This document shows, one piece after another, positions 18,416 through 30,278 of a stretch of 60,914 nucleotides of DNA (position 1 is its first letter; the number at the start of each line of letters is the position of its first letter). The stretch lies in assembly GCA_040005235.1 (NCBI GenBank), contig JBDTZG010000031.1:1-60914 (forward strand), written 5' to 3'. Below the pieces are notes generated by a model. That model was given only the letters and a program-made list of their open reading frames with translations, was not told the DNA's origin and did not search any database. Both the position numbers and the translations under genes were made by a program. This stretch comes from Acidobacteriota bacterium. GTDB lineage: Bacteria > Acidobacteriota > Thermoanaerobaculia > Multivoradales > UBA5704.

Positions 18416-19437
18416 TGGCGGCAAAAACGCAGGAAAACGAACTGTTGATCCTCGGCGCGGCGGAGGTCGAAGCGGCCCTCTCCGGCCGCGACCTCGAGGT
18501 GATCGATACGGTGCGCCGGGCCTACGAGGCTCACGCGGAAGGGAAGAGCTCGCTTCCGCACTCGATTTTCCTGCGCTTTCCGGACAACGACAGCGACCGG
18601 ATCATCGGGCTGCCCGGCTACCTGGGCGACGGCTTCGAGATCGCGGGGCTCAAGTGGATCGCCTCGATGCCGGGAAACGTCGCCCGCGGCATCGACCGGG
18701 CTTCCGCCGTGGTGATCATCAACGACCGGACGACCGGCCGGCCGCGGGCGATCCTCGAAGGTTCGATCATCAGCGCCCGGCGGACCGCGGCCTCGGCGGC
18801 GCTCGCCGGCAAGACGCTCCACGGCGAGACGGCTCCGGAGACGATCGGCGTCGTCGGCTGCGGACCGATCGCTTTCGAGATTGTCCGTTCGCTCCGCGCG
18901 GTCTGGCCGGCGGCGGGGCACTTCCTGGTCTTCGACCTGAACGCGGCGCGCGCCGCCGAATTCTGCGGCCGGTGCGCGGCGCTCCATGCCGGCGCCCGGT
19001 TCGAAGTTGCCGGATCGATGGCCGATCTATTGGCCGCGAGCCCGGTCGTGGCGTTCGCCACCACCGCGGGAACGCCGCACCTTTCCGACCTGTCGATCTG
19101 CCCGGAAGGTGCGACGATCCTCCACATCTCGCTGCGCGACTTGACGCCTGAGGTGATCCTCGCCGCGGACAACATCGTGGACGACGCCGATCATGTGAGC
19201 CGGGCTTCGACCTCGATCCACCTCGCCGAGCAGAAGGTGGGGAACCGCGATTTCATCCGCTGTGCGCTCGCCGACATCACCGCAGGGCGGCAGCCGGCGC
19301 GGGTCGATCGGACGCGGCCCGCGATCTTTTCTCCGTTTGGCCTGGGCGTGCTCGACCTGGCGCTCGCCCAAATGGTGCTGGACGACGCCGCACGAAGCGG
19401 CGGCGGTGTTCGAGTTTCGGGGTTCCTACCGTCATGA
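18406..19437 (+). CDS. sbnB: SbnB-family ornithine cyclodeaminase-like dehydrogenase
   Basis: PHSIFLRFP..RIIGLPGYLG, GLKWIAS.PGN, ISARRTAASA, LHISLRD, FSPFGLGVLD. Start 18406 or 18415. Confidence 0.92.
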   Translation: MAVMAAKTQENELLILGAAEVEAALSGRDLEVIDTVRRAYEAHAEGKSSLPHSIFLRFPDNDSDRIIGLPGYLGDGFEIAGLKWIASMPGNVARGIDRASAVVIINDRTTGRPRAILEGSIISARRTAASAALAGKTLHGETAPETIGVVGCGPIAFEIVRSLRAVWPAAGHFLVFDLNAARAAEFCGRCAALHAGARFEVAGSMADLLAASPVVAFATTAGTPHLSDLSICPEGATILHISLRDLTPEVILAADNIVDDADHVSRASTSIHLAEQKVGNRDFIRCALADITAGRQPARVDRTRPAIFSPFGLGVLDLALAQMVLDDAARSGGGVRVSGFLPS

Positions 19438-21020
19438 GCGCAGCGCGAATTCTGGTTGCCGATCCATTGAGCCCGGCGGGGCTCGACATCTTGCGCGCCG
19501 GAGGCGCCGAGGTGATCGACGTCTCTGCCGAAGGACGCGCCGCAGTCGAAGCGGCGATCGGCGATTGCACCGCCCTCCTGGTGCGCAGCCGGACTCAGGT
19601 GGATGCGGCGCTGCTCGCGCTCGGGACCCACCTGCGGGTGGTCGGCCGCGCCGGAGTGGGGGTCGACAACGTCGACGTCTTCGAAGCGACGCGGCGCGGC
19701 GTGCTGGTGCTCAACGCGCCGAACGCGAATCTGATCTCGGCGACCGAGCACAGCTTCGCGCTGCTGCTGGCGCTCGCGCGCCAGCTGCCGGCGGCGGACG
19801 CTTCGATGAAGCGGGGGGAGTGGGAGCGCAGCCGCTTCCTCGGCGTCGAGCTTCAAGGCAAGACCTTGGGCGTCATCGGCTTCGGTCGGATCGGCCAGAA
19901 GGTCGCCGCGCGCGCTCAAGCCTTCGAGATGAAGGTGGTGGCGTTCGACCCCTGGCTCGACAAGGGGATCGCCGAGCGGCTCGGCGTGCCGCTGCTCGCG
20001 CTCGACGCGCTGCTTGAAACGGCGGATGCGGTGACCTTCCACGTGCCGCTTACGCCGGAGACCAAGAACCTCCTTTCGGCCGAACGGATCGCGCGGATGA
20101 AGCCGGGGGCCCTGCTGGTCAACTGCGCCCGGGGCGGCGTGGTCGACGAGGCGGCGCTGCTCGCAGCGCTCGACTCCGGCCACCTCGGTGGCGCGGCGCT
20201 CGACGTCTTCGCCCAAGAGCCGCCGTCCGACCCTCGGCTGATCGGCCACCCGAAAGTGGTTGCGACACCGCACATCGGCGCCCAGACCGCCGAAGCGCAG
20301 GAGCGCGTGTCGAGCGAAGTCGCCCGCATGGTGCTCGACGCACTCGCCGGCTCCTATGCGGTGTCCGCGGTCAACCTGCCGTTTTCCGCCGACGCGAGCG
20401 GCGCCGGTCCGTTCCTGCTGCTCGGGGAGCAGTTGGGCCGACTCGCGACCGCCCTGGCGGGGGGAAAGGTCCAGAGCTTGGAGGTCGATCTCCGCGGCGT
20501 CCCGGAGGCGTTCGGCGCCGCGGTCTCGCTCGCGGTCGCCAAGGGCGCGCTCGACCGGGCGCTCGGCGATGCGGTCAACTATGTGAACGTCGAGTGGCTG
20601 GCCCGCGATCGGGGCATCCAGCTGGTCCGCACCCTCCATCCGCGCCGCGGCGAAACCGGCGAGCAGGTGGGGCTAAGCATCGTCGGAGACGAAGGTGAGT
20701 TTTCGATCGGCGGCATGCTCTACGCCGATCGCCAGCCGCGCCTGATCCGGCTCGCCACCCTGCCGCTCGAATGCCGCCTCGAAGGGAATCTCCTGCTCCT
20801 GCGCAGCTGGGACGTGCCGGGGGTGATCGGCAAGGTCGGCACCAAGCTCGGCACCTTAGGCGTCAACATCGCCGACATCCACCTCGCAAGGAAAGACGGC
20901 GAGCGCGACGCCTGGACGGTCTACCGGGTCGATCAGCAGCTCACCCCCGAGATGATCGCCGAGCTCGCCGCCCTGCCGGAAATCCGCCGGGTGTTCGAGC
21001 TGGACCTGACTCGCGGTTGA
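19434..21020 (+). CDS. serA: D-3-phosphoglycerate dehydrogenase
   Basis: GRAGVGVDNVD, GFGRIG, NCARGG, TPHIGAQT, C-terminal ACT domain. ATGA overlap with sbnB. Confidence 0.95.
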   Translation: MSAARILVADPLSPAGLDILRAGGAEVIDVSAEGRAAVEAAIGDCTALLVRSRTQVDAALLALGTHLRVVGRAGVGVDNVDVFEATRRGVLVLNAPNANLISATEHSFALLLALARQLPAADASMKRGEWERSRFLGVELQGKTLGVIGFGRIGQKVAARAQAFEMKVVAFDPWLDKGIAERLGVPLLALDALLETADAVTFHVPLTPETKNLLSAERIARMKPGALLVNCARGGVVDEAALLAALDSGHLGGAALDVFAQEPPSDPRLIGHPKVVATPHIGAQTAEAQERVSSEVARMVLDALAGSYAVSAVNLPFSADASGAGPFLLLGEQLGRLATALAGGKVQSLEVDLRGVPEAFGAAVSLAVAKGALDRALGDAVNYVNVEWLARDRGIQLVRTLHPRRGETGEQVGLSIVGDEGEFSIGGMLYADRQPRLIRLATLPLECRLEGNLLLLRSWDVPGVIGKVGTKLGTLGVNIADIHLARKDGERDAWTVYRVDQQLTPEMIAELAALPEIRRVFELDLTRG

Positions 21021-21095
21021 CCGGCGTCGCCCTTCGATGCTCTCCTCTCCTTCGACAGTGCGAGCGTAAACCGCACCTGTCGAGCAAGAACGGAA

Positions 21096-21902
21096 TTGGA
21101 GGAGTGGCGATTGGCGCGGGCAGTCCCTGGCGCTTCCTTGGCGGACCTCGACCTGCGCAGGCTCCGCGACTACCTCGTGAGAGTGCTGGCCGGTTCGGCT
21201 CCTGCCGACGGCGATCAAGAGGCGTGGGAACGGTTGCTCACTAGCCTGGATTTGATGACTCCGGCCGCGGGCGCCAATACGCCGGGCATCGACGGCGTGC
21301 TGCTCTTCGGCAAAAATCCGAAGCGGTTCCTTCCGCAGTCCGGGATCCGGGCGCTCTGCTATCCAGGAACCACTCCGGACTATGCCACTCGCGCCGACCA
21401 GGATCTCAAGGGCCCTCTGGTTCCGCTGGGCGCGGCCGATGGGTCGATGGTCGAGATCGGGCTCGTCGAACAGGCGCTCGACTTCGTCCGGCGAAATACC
21501 GAGCCGACCGCCTACCTGGAAGGCGGCCGCCGGATCGATCGGACCGAGTATCCCGAGGCGGTGATTCGGGAAGCGGTGGTCAACGCACTCGTTCACCGCG
21601 ACTACAGCCTCTCGGGCAGCGACATCACGCTAGTGATCTTCTCCGATCGGCTGGAGATCCAAAGCCCCGGCCGTTTGCCGAACACGGTCACGGTCGAGGG
21701 GATGAAGGCCGGCTTGCGCTATGCGCAAAACCAGAACCTGGTAAACATCTTGCGAGACTACCGTTATGTCGATTTCCGGGGCATGGGGGTGAGAGAGAAG
21801 ATCATTCCCGGCATGCGCCAGCACAACGGTACCGAGGCGGAGCTGGTGGCCGAGGATGCGCGCTTCATCGTTCGGTTGTGGAAGGAACGTCCGCCCGCCT
21901 GA
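21096..21902 (+). pseudogene. 5'-truncated Schlafen/AlbA_2-RecG-C-terminal-like ATP-binding protein
   Basis: REAVVNALVHRDY, DRLEIQSPG, GMGV motifs are present. The usual N-terminal AlbA_2 domain and a good start codon are missing. Confidence 0.6.
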
Positions 21903-22051
21903 TCCCAATCGACCCCAGCCTGTCCCCTTTTGGCCTCCGGAGGTTACTTATAGGGAGGCGGGTGCGTTATCCGTCGGATTCTTCCATCCCAGCATCCCAG
22001 CGAACCTTGCGGGCGGAGCCATCAGCCGCCCGGCCGTCGGAGGGTGGTACC

Positions 22052-23371
22052 TTGATCGAGAATCGTCAGTTTCGCTTGAAAAAGTTCGACGTGATCGGCT
22101 CCCAGTCGGTCGCCGAGATCGTGGAGCAGAGGATCGGCCGGGAGGCGCTGCGCTGGTACATCTCGGAAGTCACCGACAAGGAGATCGTCGTCGAGGCGAC
22201 GTTTGCGGAGATCGAGGACGAGCGGGAGAACGAATCCACCGCCAGCACGCTTTCCGAGCGCGCCCACTACCCGGGCAAGGCCGTTGCGGTCTCCGTGATC
22301 CCCACCGGCATCGGCTGCGACCTCGGCGGTTACGCAGGCGACGCGGCGCCAGCCACCAACCTGCTCGCGGCGGCGACCGACTATCTGGTGACCAACCCGA
22401 ACGCGGTCAACGCCTCGAACTTCATCAGCATGGCCGACAACGTCCTCTACTCGGAGGGCATGTCGATCGACCTGTTGATGAAGGGCTCGGTCGATTTTCA
22501 CGTCCCCTACGGCAACCGGATCGGCCTGGTGGTCGAGCACACGACGCCTGAGGCGCTCGACGTGGTGTTCAACGTCGTGAACACGGTGCGCGCGGTCTTC
22601 GGCATCGACATCGTCGACGTCGAAGTCACCGAGCAGCCGATCGGAACCCATTCGTTCGAGAACGGCTCGGGCGCCTACGTCGGTACGGTCGACCGGCCGG
22701 CCGTTCTGTTCGCCGCCTGCGAACGGTTGATCAAGAAGGGCGCCAACGCGATCGCGATCACCACCAACATCCAGGATTTGCCGGAAGACAACTACGTCAA
22801 GCACTTTGCCGGGGAGTACCCGAACCCGCTGGGCGGTGTCGAGGCGATCGTCTCCCACCTGGTGGTCCGGCGCTTCCACATGCCGGCCGCCCATGCGCCG
22901 ATGCTCAACAGCAAGGAGTTCGACCTGCGCGAGGCGATCGTCGACGCCCGCGGCGCCGGCGAGATGGCCTCGGCCTCAGGGTTGGCCTGCACCTTGATCG
23001 GCCTGCGCCGCGCGCCACAGCTCGGCGGCTCGCACCCGTACCGCTCCGCCGACCTGGTGAACGTCCACAACGTCTTCGCGGTGGTCTGCCCGGCCAGCTC
23101 GCTCGGCGGAATTCCGGCGATTTACGCCCACCGCCATGGCATTCCGATCATTGCGGTGCGCGAGAACAAGACGATCTTCGGCGTCTCGGCGGAGCGGCTG
23201 GGCTTCCACAACGTGATCGAAGTCGACAACTACGCCGAGGCCGCGGGCATCCTGCTGGCATTGCGCAAGGGGATCAGCCTCGAATCGTTCCGCCGGCCGA
23301 TGACCACGATGCGCCACGGCCAGGGAGCGCAAGCCGCCGCGGCGGGCGGGGTGCGGTTGCGGTTCGCCTGA
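22052..23371 (+). CDS. DUF3326 family protein
   Basis: IPTGIGCDLGGYAGDA, LVTNPNAVN, GGVEAIVSHL, PAAHAP, NYAEAAG. TTG start after GGAGGG. Confidence 0.82.
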   Translation: MIENRQFRLKKFDVIGSQSVAEIVEQRIGREALRWYISEVTDKEIVVEATFAEIEDERENESTASTLSERAHYPGKAVAVSVIPTGIGCDLGGYAGDAAPATNLLAAATDYLVTNPNAVNASNFISMADNVLYSEGMSIDLLMKGSVDFHVPYGNRIGLVVEHTTPEALDVVFNVVNTVRAVFGIDIVDVEVTEQPIGTHSFENGSGAYVGTVDRPAVLFAACERLIKKGANAIAITTNIQDLPEDNYVKHFAGEYPNPLGGVEAIVSHLVVRRFHMPAAHAPMLNSKEFDLREAIVDARGAGEMASASGLACTLIGLRRAPQLGGSHPYRSADLVNVHNVFAVVCPASSLGGIPAIYAHRHGIPIIAVRENKTIFGVSAERLGFHNVIEVDNYAEAAGILLALRKGISLESFRRPMTTMRHGQGAQAAAAGGVRLRFA

Positions 23372-23392
23372 TCAGGTCTCAGGGTCTCGCGC

Positions 23393-23398
23393 TATGAT
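23393..23398 (+). promoter_or_regulatory. Probable -10 element of rnpB (TATGAT)
   Basis: Lies 8 nt before the P1 helix. Confidence 0.55.
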
Positions 23399-23406
23399 GC
23401 CCCCTC

Positions 23407-23830
<424 letters not shown>

Positions 23831-23869
23831 GAATTTCTCTCTCCGGCGGTTCTCTCGTAAAGTCGGATC

Positions 23870-24787
23870 GTGATTGCTCCCGCCCAGCTCCCGCCTCCCG
23901 TGTTGCCCGGAGACCGGGTCGGGGTCGCGGCCCTCTCCGGGCCGATTGATCCCGAACGCCTGGCCCTAGGGATGGCCGCGCTCGAACGGCTCGGTTTCGA
24001 GGCCGTTCCGGCGGCGAATTTGGGATCGCGCTCGGGGATGTTCGCCGGCAGCGATGCCGAGCGTCTGGCAGCGTTTCACCAGCTGGCGGCCGATCCGTCG
24101 ATCGCCGCGATTCTGTTTGCCCGCGGCGGCCACGGCGTGCTGCGCGTGCTGCCGGGCATCGATTGGGAGCTGCTCGCGGCGCGACCCCGGGCCTACGTCG
24201 GATTTTCCGACCTCACGCCGTTTCTGCTCGAAGTGGTACGCCGGCTTGGGCTGGTCGCGTTCCACGGGCCGATGGTCGCCGCGGATTTCGCCCGCGGCAT
24301 GGACGAAGCGGAGCGGGCGTCGTTTCTCGGCGCGCTCGCGGGGCGGTATCCGGCCGAGCAGTGGTTCGCCGGGTCGATTCGCGAAGGGTCCGAGCCGGCG
24401 CGCGGCGTGCTGCTGGGCGGTTGCCTGAGCCTGATGACCGCGACTCTCGGCACGCCCTATTCCGCCGATCTCGAAGGGGCCATCCTGCTGCTCGAAGACG
24501 TCGGCGAGCCGCCCTACCGGATCGACCGGATGCTCACCCAGCTGCGCCTATCCGGAGGCTTCGACCGGCTCGCCGGCTTGGTGGTAGGACACCTGGACGA
24601 CGGCAATCGGCCGCTCGCCCCGGAGGCGGCCTGGCGCGAGCTGCTCGCCGACGCGCTCGGCTCCTTCACCTGGCCGGTCGCGATCGGCCATAATAGCGGT
24701 CACCGTAGCCCGAATTGGACGCTGCCCCTCGGCCTTCCGGCAGTCTTGGACGCCGGGGGCCGGCGATTGATTCTCGGAGCGAGCTAA
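23870..24787 (+). CDS. ldcA: LD-carboxypeptidase (S66 family)
   Basis: ARGGHG, GFSDLT, HGPM, GGCLS, LEDVGE..YRIDRML, GH. Confidence 0.9.
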   Translation: MIAPAQLPPPVLPGDRVGVAALSGPIDPERLALGMAALERLGFEAVPAANLGSRSGMFAGSDAERLAAFHQLAADPSIAAILFARGGHGVLRVLPGIDWELLAARPRAYVGFSDLTPFLLEVVRRLGLVAFHGPMVAADFARGMDEAERASFLGALAGRYPAEQWFAGSIREGSEPARGVLLGGCLSLMTATLGTPYSADLEGAILLLEDVGEPPYRIDRMLTQLRLSGGFDRLAGLVVGHLDDGNRPLAPEAAWRELLADALGSFTWPVAIGHNSGHRSPNWTLPLGLPAVLDAGGRRLILGAS

Positions 24788-24793
24788 GACCCC

Positions 24794-25608
24794 ATGTCGA
24801 AACCCGTGTTCAAGACCACCGGCGGTCCGTCGCCCCCCGAAGGGGTCGGCAAGCGGAGCGAGGATCTGCTGGTCGACTTCGCGGCGGGCGAGCTCATCTT
24901 TCGCGAAGGGGACCTCGGGACCGAGATGTATATCGTCCACGAGGGTCAGGTCGAAGTGCTCAACCGGGCGGGCGAAGAGGACCACCAGATCGCGGTGCTC
25001 GAGAAAGGCGATTTCTTCGGCGAGATGTCGCTGCTCGAAGAGCTGCCCCGGGCGGCGTCGATCCGGGCAATCTCGGACGTCAAGCTGGTGACGATCAACG
25101 GCACGATGTTCGCCGGCATGCTCCAGCGGAACCCCGAGATCGCGGTGCGCATGATGCGCAAACTGTCGCGCCGCCTGCGCGAAACGGATGCAATGCTGGT
25201 CGACACCCTCGCTTCGGTCGGTCAGAGCCGCGCGGCGAGCGAGTTGCCGCGCCAGGACGAACCGGCCGCGGAGTCGACCGCGCCCGAACGGGTGGTCCAC
25301 GTCGCCTCGGGGATGGAGTTCGCGATCTCCACCGGACCCGAAACCTCGCTCGGCCGACGCGATCCGGTGACCGGCATCTATCCCGACATCGACCTGACGC
25401 CGGTCGACAGCCAGCGCGCCGTGTCGCGCCGCCATGCGAAGATCTATCGCCAGGGCAACAAGTTCTTCCTCGGCGAAGAGATCGGCACGATGAACAACAC
25501 GTTTCTAAACGGCGCGCGGCTCGAAAAAGGCGTTCCCTCGGAGCTCAAGCACGGCGACGAGATCAAGCTGGGGGTGGTCGCCCTCCGCTTTGAGATGCCC
25601 GAAACCCC

Positions 25609-25612
<4 letters not shown>
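24794..25612 (+). CDS. cNMP-binding domain + FHA domain protein
   Basis: FFGEMSLL..PRAAS (cNMP); LGRRD, VSRRHAKI, NNTFLNG (FHA). Confidence 0.9.
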
Positions 25613-27729
<2,117 letters not shown>

Positions 27730-27789
27730 ATCGGTCGCGCGAACGGCAGAGGTTCCGGTGCGCGGAGGCGAACCGCCGAGGTGGCTTTG

Positions 27790-28914
27790 TCAGTCGGAGG
27801 GTGGATTCGGCTGCGCCGGGACTTCCAAGATGCTCTGATCTGGTGGTACAACGTGACAGGTCTCTGCCTCTTTGGCTGAGGTGAGAGCCGCTTCGCGGAC
27901 TTCCGAGTAGCGAATTTTGACGTCGGCAGCCGACCAAGTGAAGTCCGTCCGACCTTGGCTCAGGAATTCGGTGAAAGCATCGAGGAGTGGAATTCCGGAG
28001 TAGGTCTCTACGAAAAGGAATTGCCCTGCTTCGTTGATCTCCAGAAACACCGTCTCGCCCTCTGGCGTGACGATCAAGTCGATGCAGCCAAAGACCAGCC
28101 CAAGCCGTTCGCAAAGGAGCCGACACTTCCGGGTGATCTCGGCTGAAAGCTCGATGGGCTCCATCTGAAGTTCGGCATACGCCTTGCGCCAATCGAGTCG
28201 TCCGGCCCCCGTCTCCTGCGACAAGATCTTGGCCGCGAAAAGATGCTGGCCCATGGCGGTAACCCGGAGCTCATACGATTTCGGGACGACCTCTTGGAAA
28301 ATTCCAGGGGTCAGCCGCAACGTTGCGTCTTCAACCAGCTGATTGGTGGTTACGACCGATGTGTAGGGTGCCCAGGAGGTGTTCTCGCCGCGCCAGAGGA
28401 CCGGGTGTAGAACCTTGTAGATCGCCCGGCCGCCGTGTGAAGCCAGGAAATCTCGAATCTGCTCTGGATCGTTGCTGTAGAGGGTGTCGGGTGTCTCAAA
28501 GCCGATGGCGACCGCGGCCGTGTGCTGCACTAGCTTGAGACCCGCTCGCGATGCGGCATTCGGAGAGTTGACCCAAAACGCCGTAGGAAGCAAAACCTCG
28601 AACAGACCTCGTCGAAAGAGTCGGCACTCTTGCTCGGCAAATTCGCGGTCGGCCGGGTCTAGGGCATTTGCCGGAAGAACGAACGAAGGTCGGCGCCGCC
28701 AAACTGTCCTGACATCGTGAAGGGATGAAGATTCAGAATCCCCGATCTCGAAGCTGAGTGTGCTCTTGAAGAAAGAGACGGACTCACTGGCGACGCTTGG
28801 AAAATCCGGTGTATGCCAGAAAATCGAATCGACTCCCCGGTGTCGAAGTGCAAGGGCCACAGCATGCGCGTGAACGTCGCTCGGTTCACTCAGGATCAGG
28901 ACTGTGGGCTGCAT
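27790..28914 (-). CDS. ATP-grasp peptide maturase (MvdC/MvdD-like graspetide ligase)
   Basis: DVHAHAV, VWRRRP, WVN...KLVQ, PDTLYSND, FQEVVPKSYELRVT, DWR, GLVFGCIDLIVTPEG..FLEINEAGQFLF. Confidence 0.88.
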   Translation of the reverse strand: MQPTVLILSEPSDVHAHAVALALRHRGVDSIFWHTPDFPSVASESVSFFKSTLSFEIGDSESSSLHDVRTVWRRRPSFVLPANALDPADREFAEQECRLFRRGLFEVLLPTAFWVNSPNAASRAGLKLVQHTAAVAIGFETPDTLYSNDPEQIRDFLASHGGRAIYKVLHPVLWRGENTSWAPYTSVVTTNQLVEDATLRLTPGIFQEVVPKSYELRVTAMGQHLFAAKILSQETGAGRLDWRKAYAELQMEPIELSAEITRKCRLLCERLGLVFGCIDLIVTPEGETVFLEINEAGQFLFVETYSGIPLLDAFTEFLSQGRTDFTWSAADVKIRYSEVREAALTSAKEAETCHVVPPDQSILEVPAQPNPPSD

Positions 28915-28916
28915 TG

Positions 28917-28948
28917 AAAAGGGGGCCTCTCACTTCAGTGGGAGGCCC
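28917..28948 (-). terminator. Hairpin + U tract between precursor and maturase (terminator/attenuator)
   Basis: Minus strand reads GGGCCTCCCAC-TGAA-GTGAGAGGCCC CC TTTT, immediately before the ATG at 28914. Confidence 0.65.
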
Positions 28949-28956
28949 GCATAAAC

Positions 28957-29124
28957 TCAGTCGTGGTCGCCTTTGCCGTTCGTGATGTCAGCGCGCCCAC
29001 CGGGCTGGGGGGGATCCGTAACCTCGGTCGTTGCACCTGCGCCACGGGCAACCTGAATTTCGCGCATGTCGACGGCGAGGACGCGAGCCAGGACTCGGGA
29101 AGGGGGAGAGGCGGGCTTTTTCAT
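28957..29124 (-). CDS. Graspetide RiPP precursor peptide (55 aa)
   Basis: MKKPASPPSRVLARVLAVDMREIQVARGAG-ATTEVTDPPQPGGRADITNGKGDHD. AAAGG RBS, T/K/D/E-rich core, directly upstream of the ATP-grasp gene. Confidence 0.8.
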   Translation of the reverse strand: MKKPASPPSRVLARVLAVDMREIQVARGAGATTEVTDPPQPGGRADITNGKGDHD

Positions 29125-29157
29125 TTCGGATCGCCTTTCTGGTAGAACTGCGTTGAC

Positions 29158-30081
29158 ATGAATATAATACAGAGAATTTGTCGCATCGGCGCAATTCTTG
29201 GGCTCGGGAGCTGCGCGCTCTCGCGCGGTTCGTTGTGCGGTCCGCCCCCGGCGCCTGGTACGTCCTGGGTTCGAGAAGGCAGGCCTGGAGTCTCGCTTCG
29301 CTTCGATCGCGATCGGATCCTGGTGGCGGTAGAAGGGCAGCCGATCCATTTCGCCGGGGTTGAGGAGGGACTGGGTTCCAAGATGTTGGTTCGAAACGGC
29401 GGCTTACGCGAAACTTGGGAGCTGTCCTGCCCAGCGGGCCGCCTTGGCGTAGTCTCGCCCTCGGTCCGCGGAATGTTCCGCAAGTCTTCTGGATCTCCCG
29501 GGCGGGGGCTCGATCGCCCTTTGGACCTACCTCCACCACACTCTCTCTCGGCACACCGAATCGTCGAGATCCGACGGCAGCTCTCAGAGTGGATCGCGAA
29601 AGACCAGTGGAGTCGGAAAGATCGGAATCTGTCGATTGCCGACCGCATCGCCGTCAATCGGAAGATCTTTCGGCAGTTTCTCGGCCTTTTGAGGAATGAG
29701 GGCTGGATCGACGCTCAAAGGTTCGGTGTCCAGGCTGCAAGTGATGCCAGCGTTCTCGCCAAACATTCCAATCACCTGCCGCTCTTGGCGGCGGTACTCC
29801 CCCTCGTCGAGCGGGATCTTGGTCATTCCGAGGATACGTCGCAGGTTTTCGCGATCTTCTATGACGAGGCTCAGATCGAGCTGGGACGGAAGCAGCGGTA
29901 CGGATCCCAGCTCAATACTGATGCCCGGGGGGAGCCCTTCGTCCTACCTCTCGAGGATCCCGACCGAGTCGGAGAGCTGCGGCGGTCAATTGGGCTCCCG
30001 CCTCTTGTCGACTACTTGAGAGATGCGAGCGAAGCTCTGTTCGAAGGCCGTGCCATTCGCATGGCACGGCCCGATGAATGA
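29158..30081 (+). CDS. DUF6624-like protein, possible lipoprotein
   Basis: DQW.R, GW, YD...GRKQRYGSQ, LEDPDRV..LRRSIGLPPL..Y. N-terminal LGLGSC. Start uncertain. Confidence 0.72.
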   Translation: MNIIQRICRIGAILGLGSCALSRGSLCGPPPAPGTSWVREGRPGVSLRFDRDRILVAVEGQPIHFAGVEEGLGSKMLVRNGGLRETWELSCPAGRLGVVSPSVRGMFRKSSGSPGRGLDRPLDLPPPHSLSAHRIVEIRRQLSEWIAKDQWSRKDRNLSIADRIAVNRKIFRQFLGLLRNEGWIDAQRFGVQAASDASVLAKHSNHLPLLAAVLPLVERDLGHSEDTSQVFAIFYDEAQIELGRKQRYGSQLNTDARGEPFVLPLEDPDRVGELRRSIGLPPLVDYLRDASEALFEGRAIRMARPDE

Positions 30082-30278
30082 GGCACCGATTGTGGACCCA
30101 GAGATTGGGGTGCGGTACCAAACCCGCCGCGCCCCCTAGAGCCACCACTTTCCACGTGCCGCCCCGCACCGGATCAGGCGTGCCGGCCGATCCGCATAGT
30201 TGCCGCTTGCGACGCGGCTGGTGCTGGCCGGCCCTTGGGATCCGAGAGGGCCCCTCCTATGCTCTCTCGCGAGCCGCC

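Noticed and set aside
17390-19437. Staphyloferrin B siderophore cluster, or plain cysK plus ornithine cyclodeaminase
   Set aside because: No NIS synthetases or siderophore transporters are present. The motifs and pairing fit SbnA/SbnB Dap synthesis only.
28957-29349. 130-aa version of the precursor ORF
   Set aside because: The extension overlaps the divergent DUF6624 gene. ATG 29124 has an RBS and gives a typical precursor.
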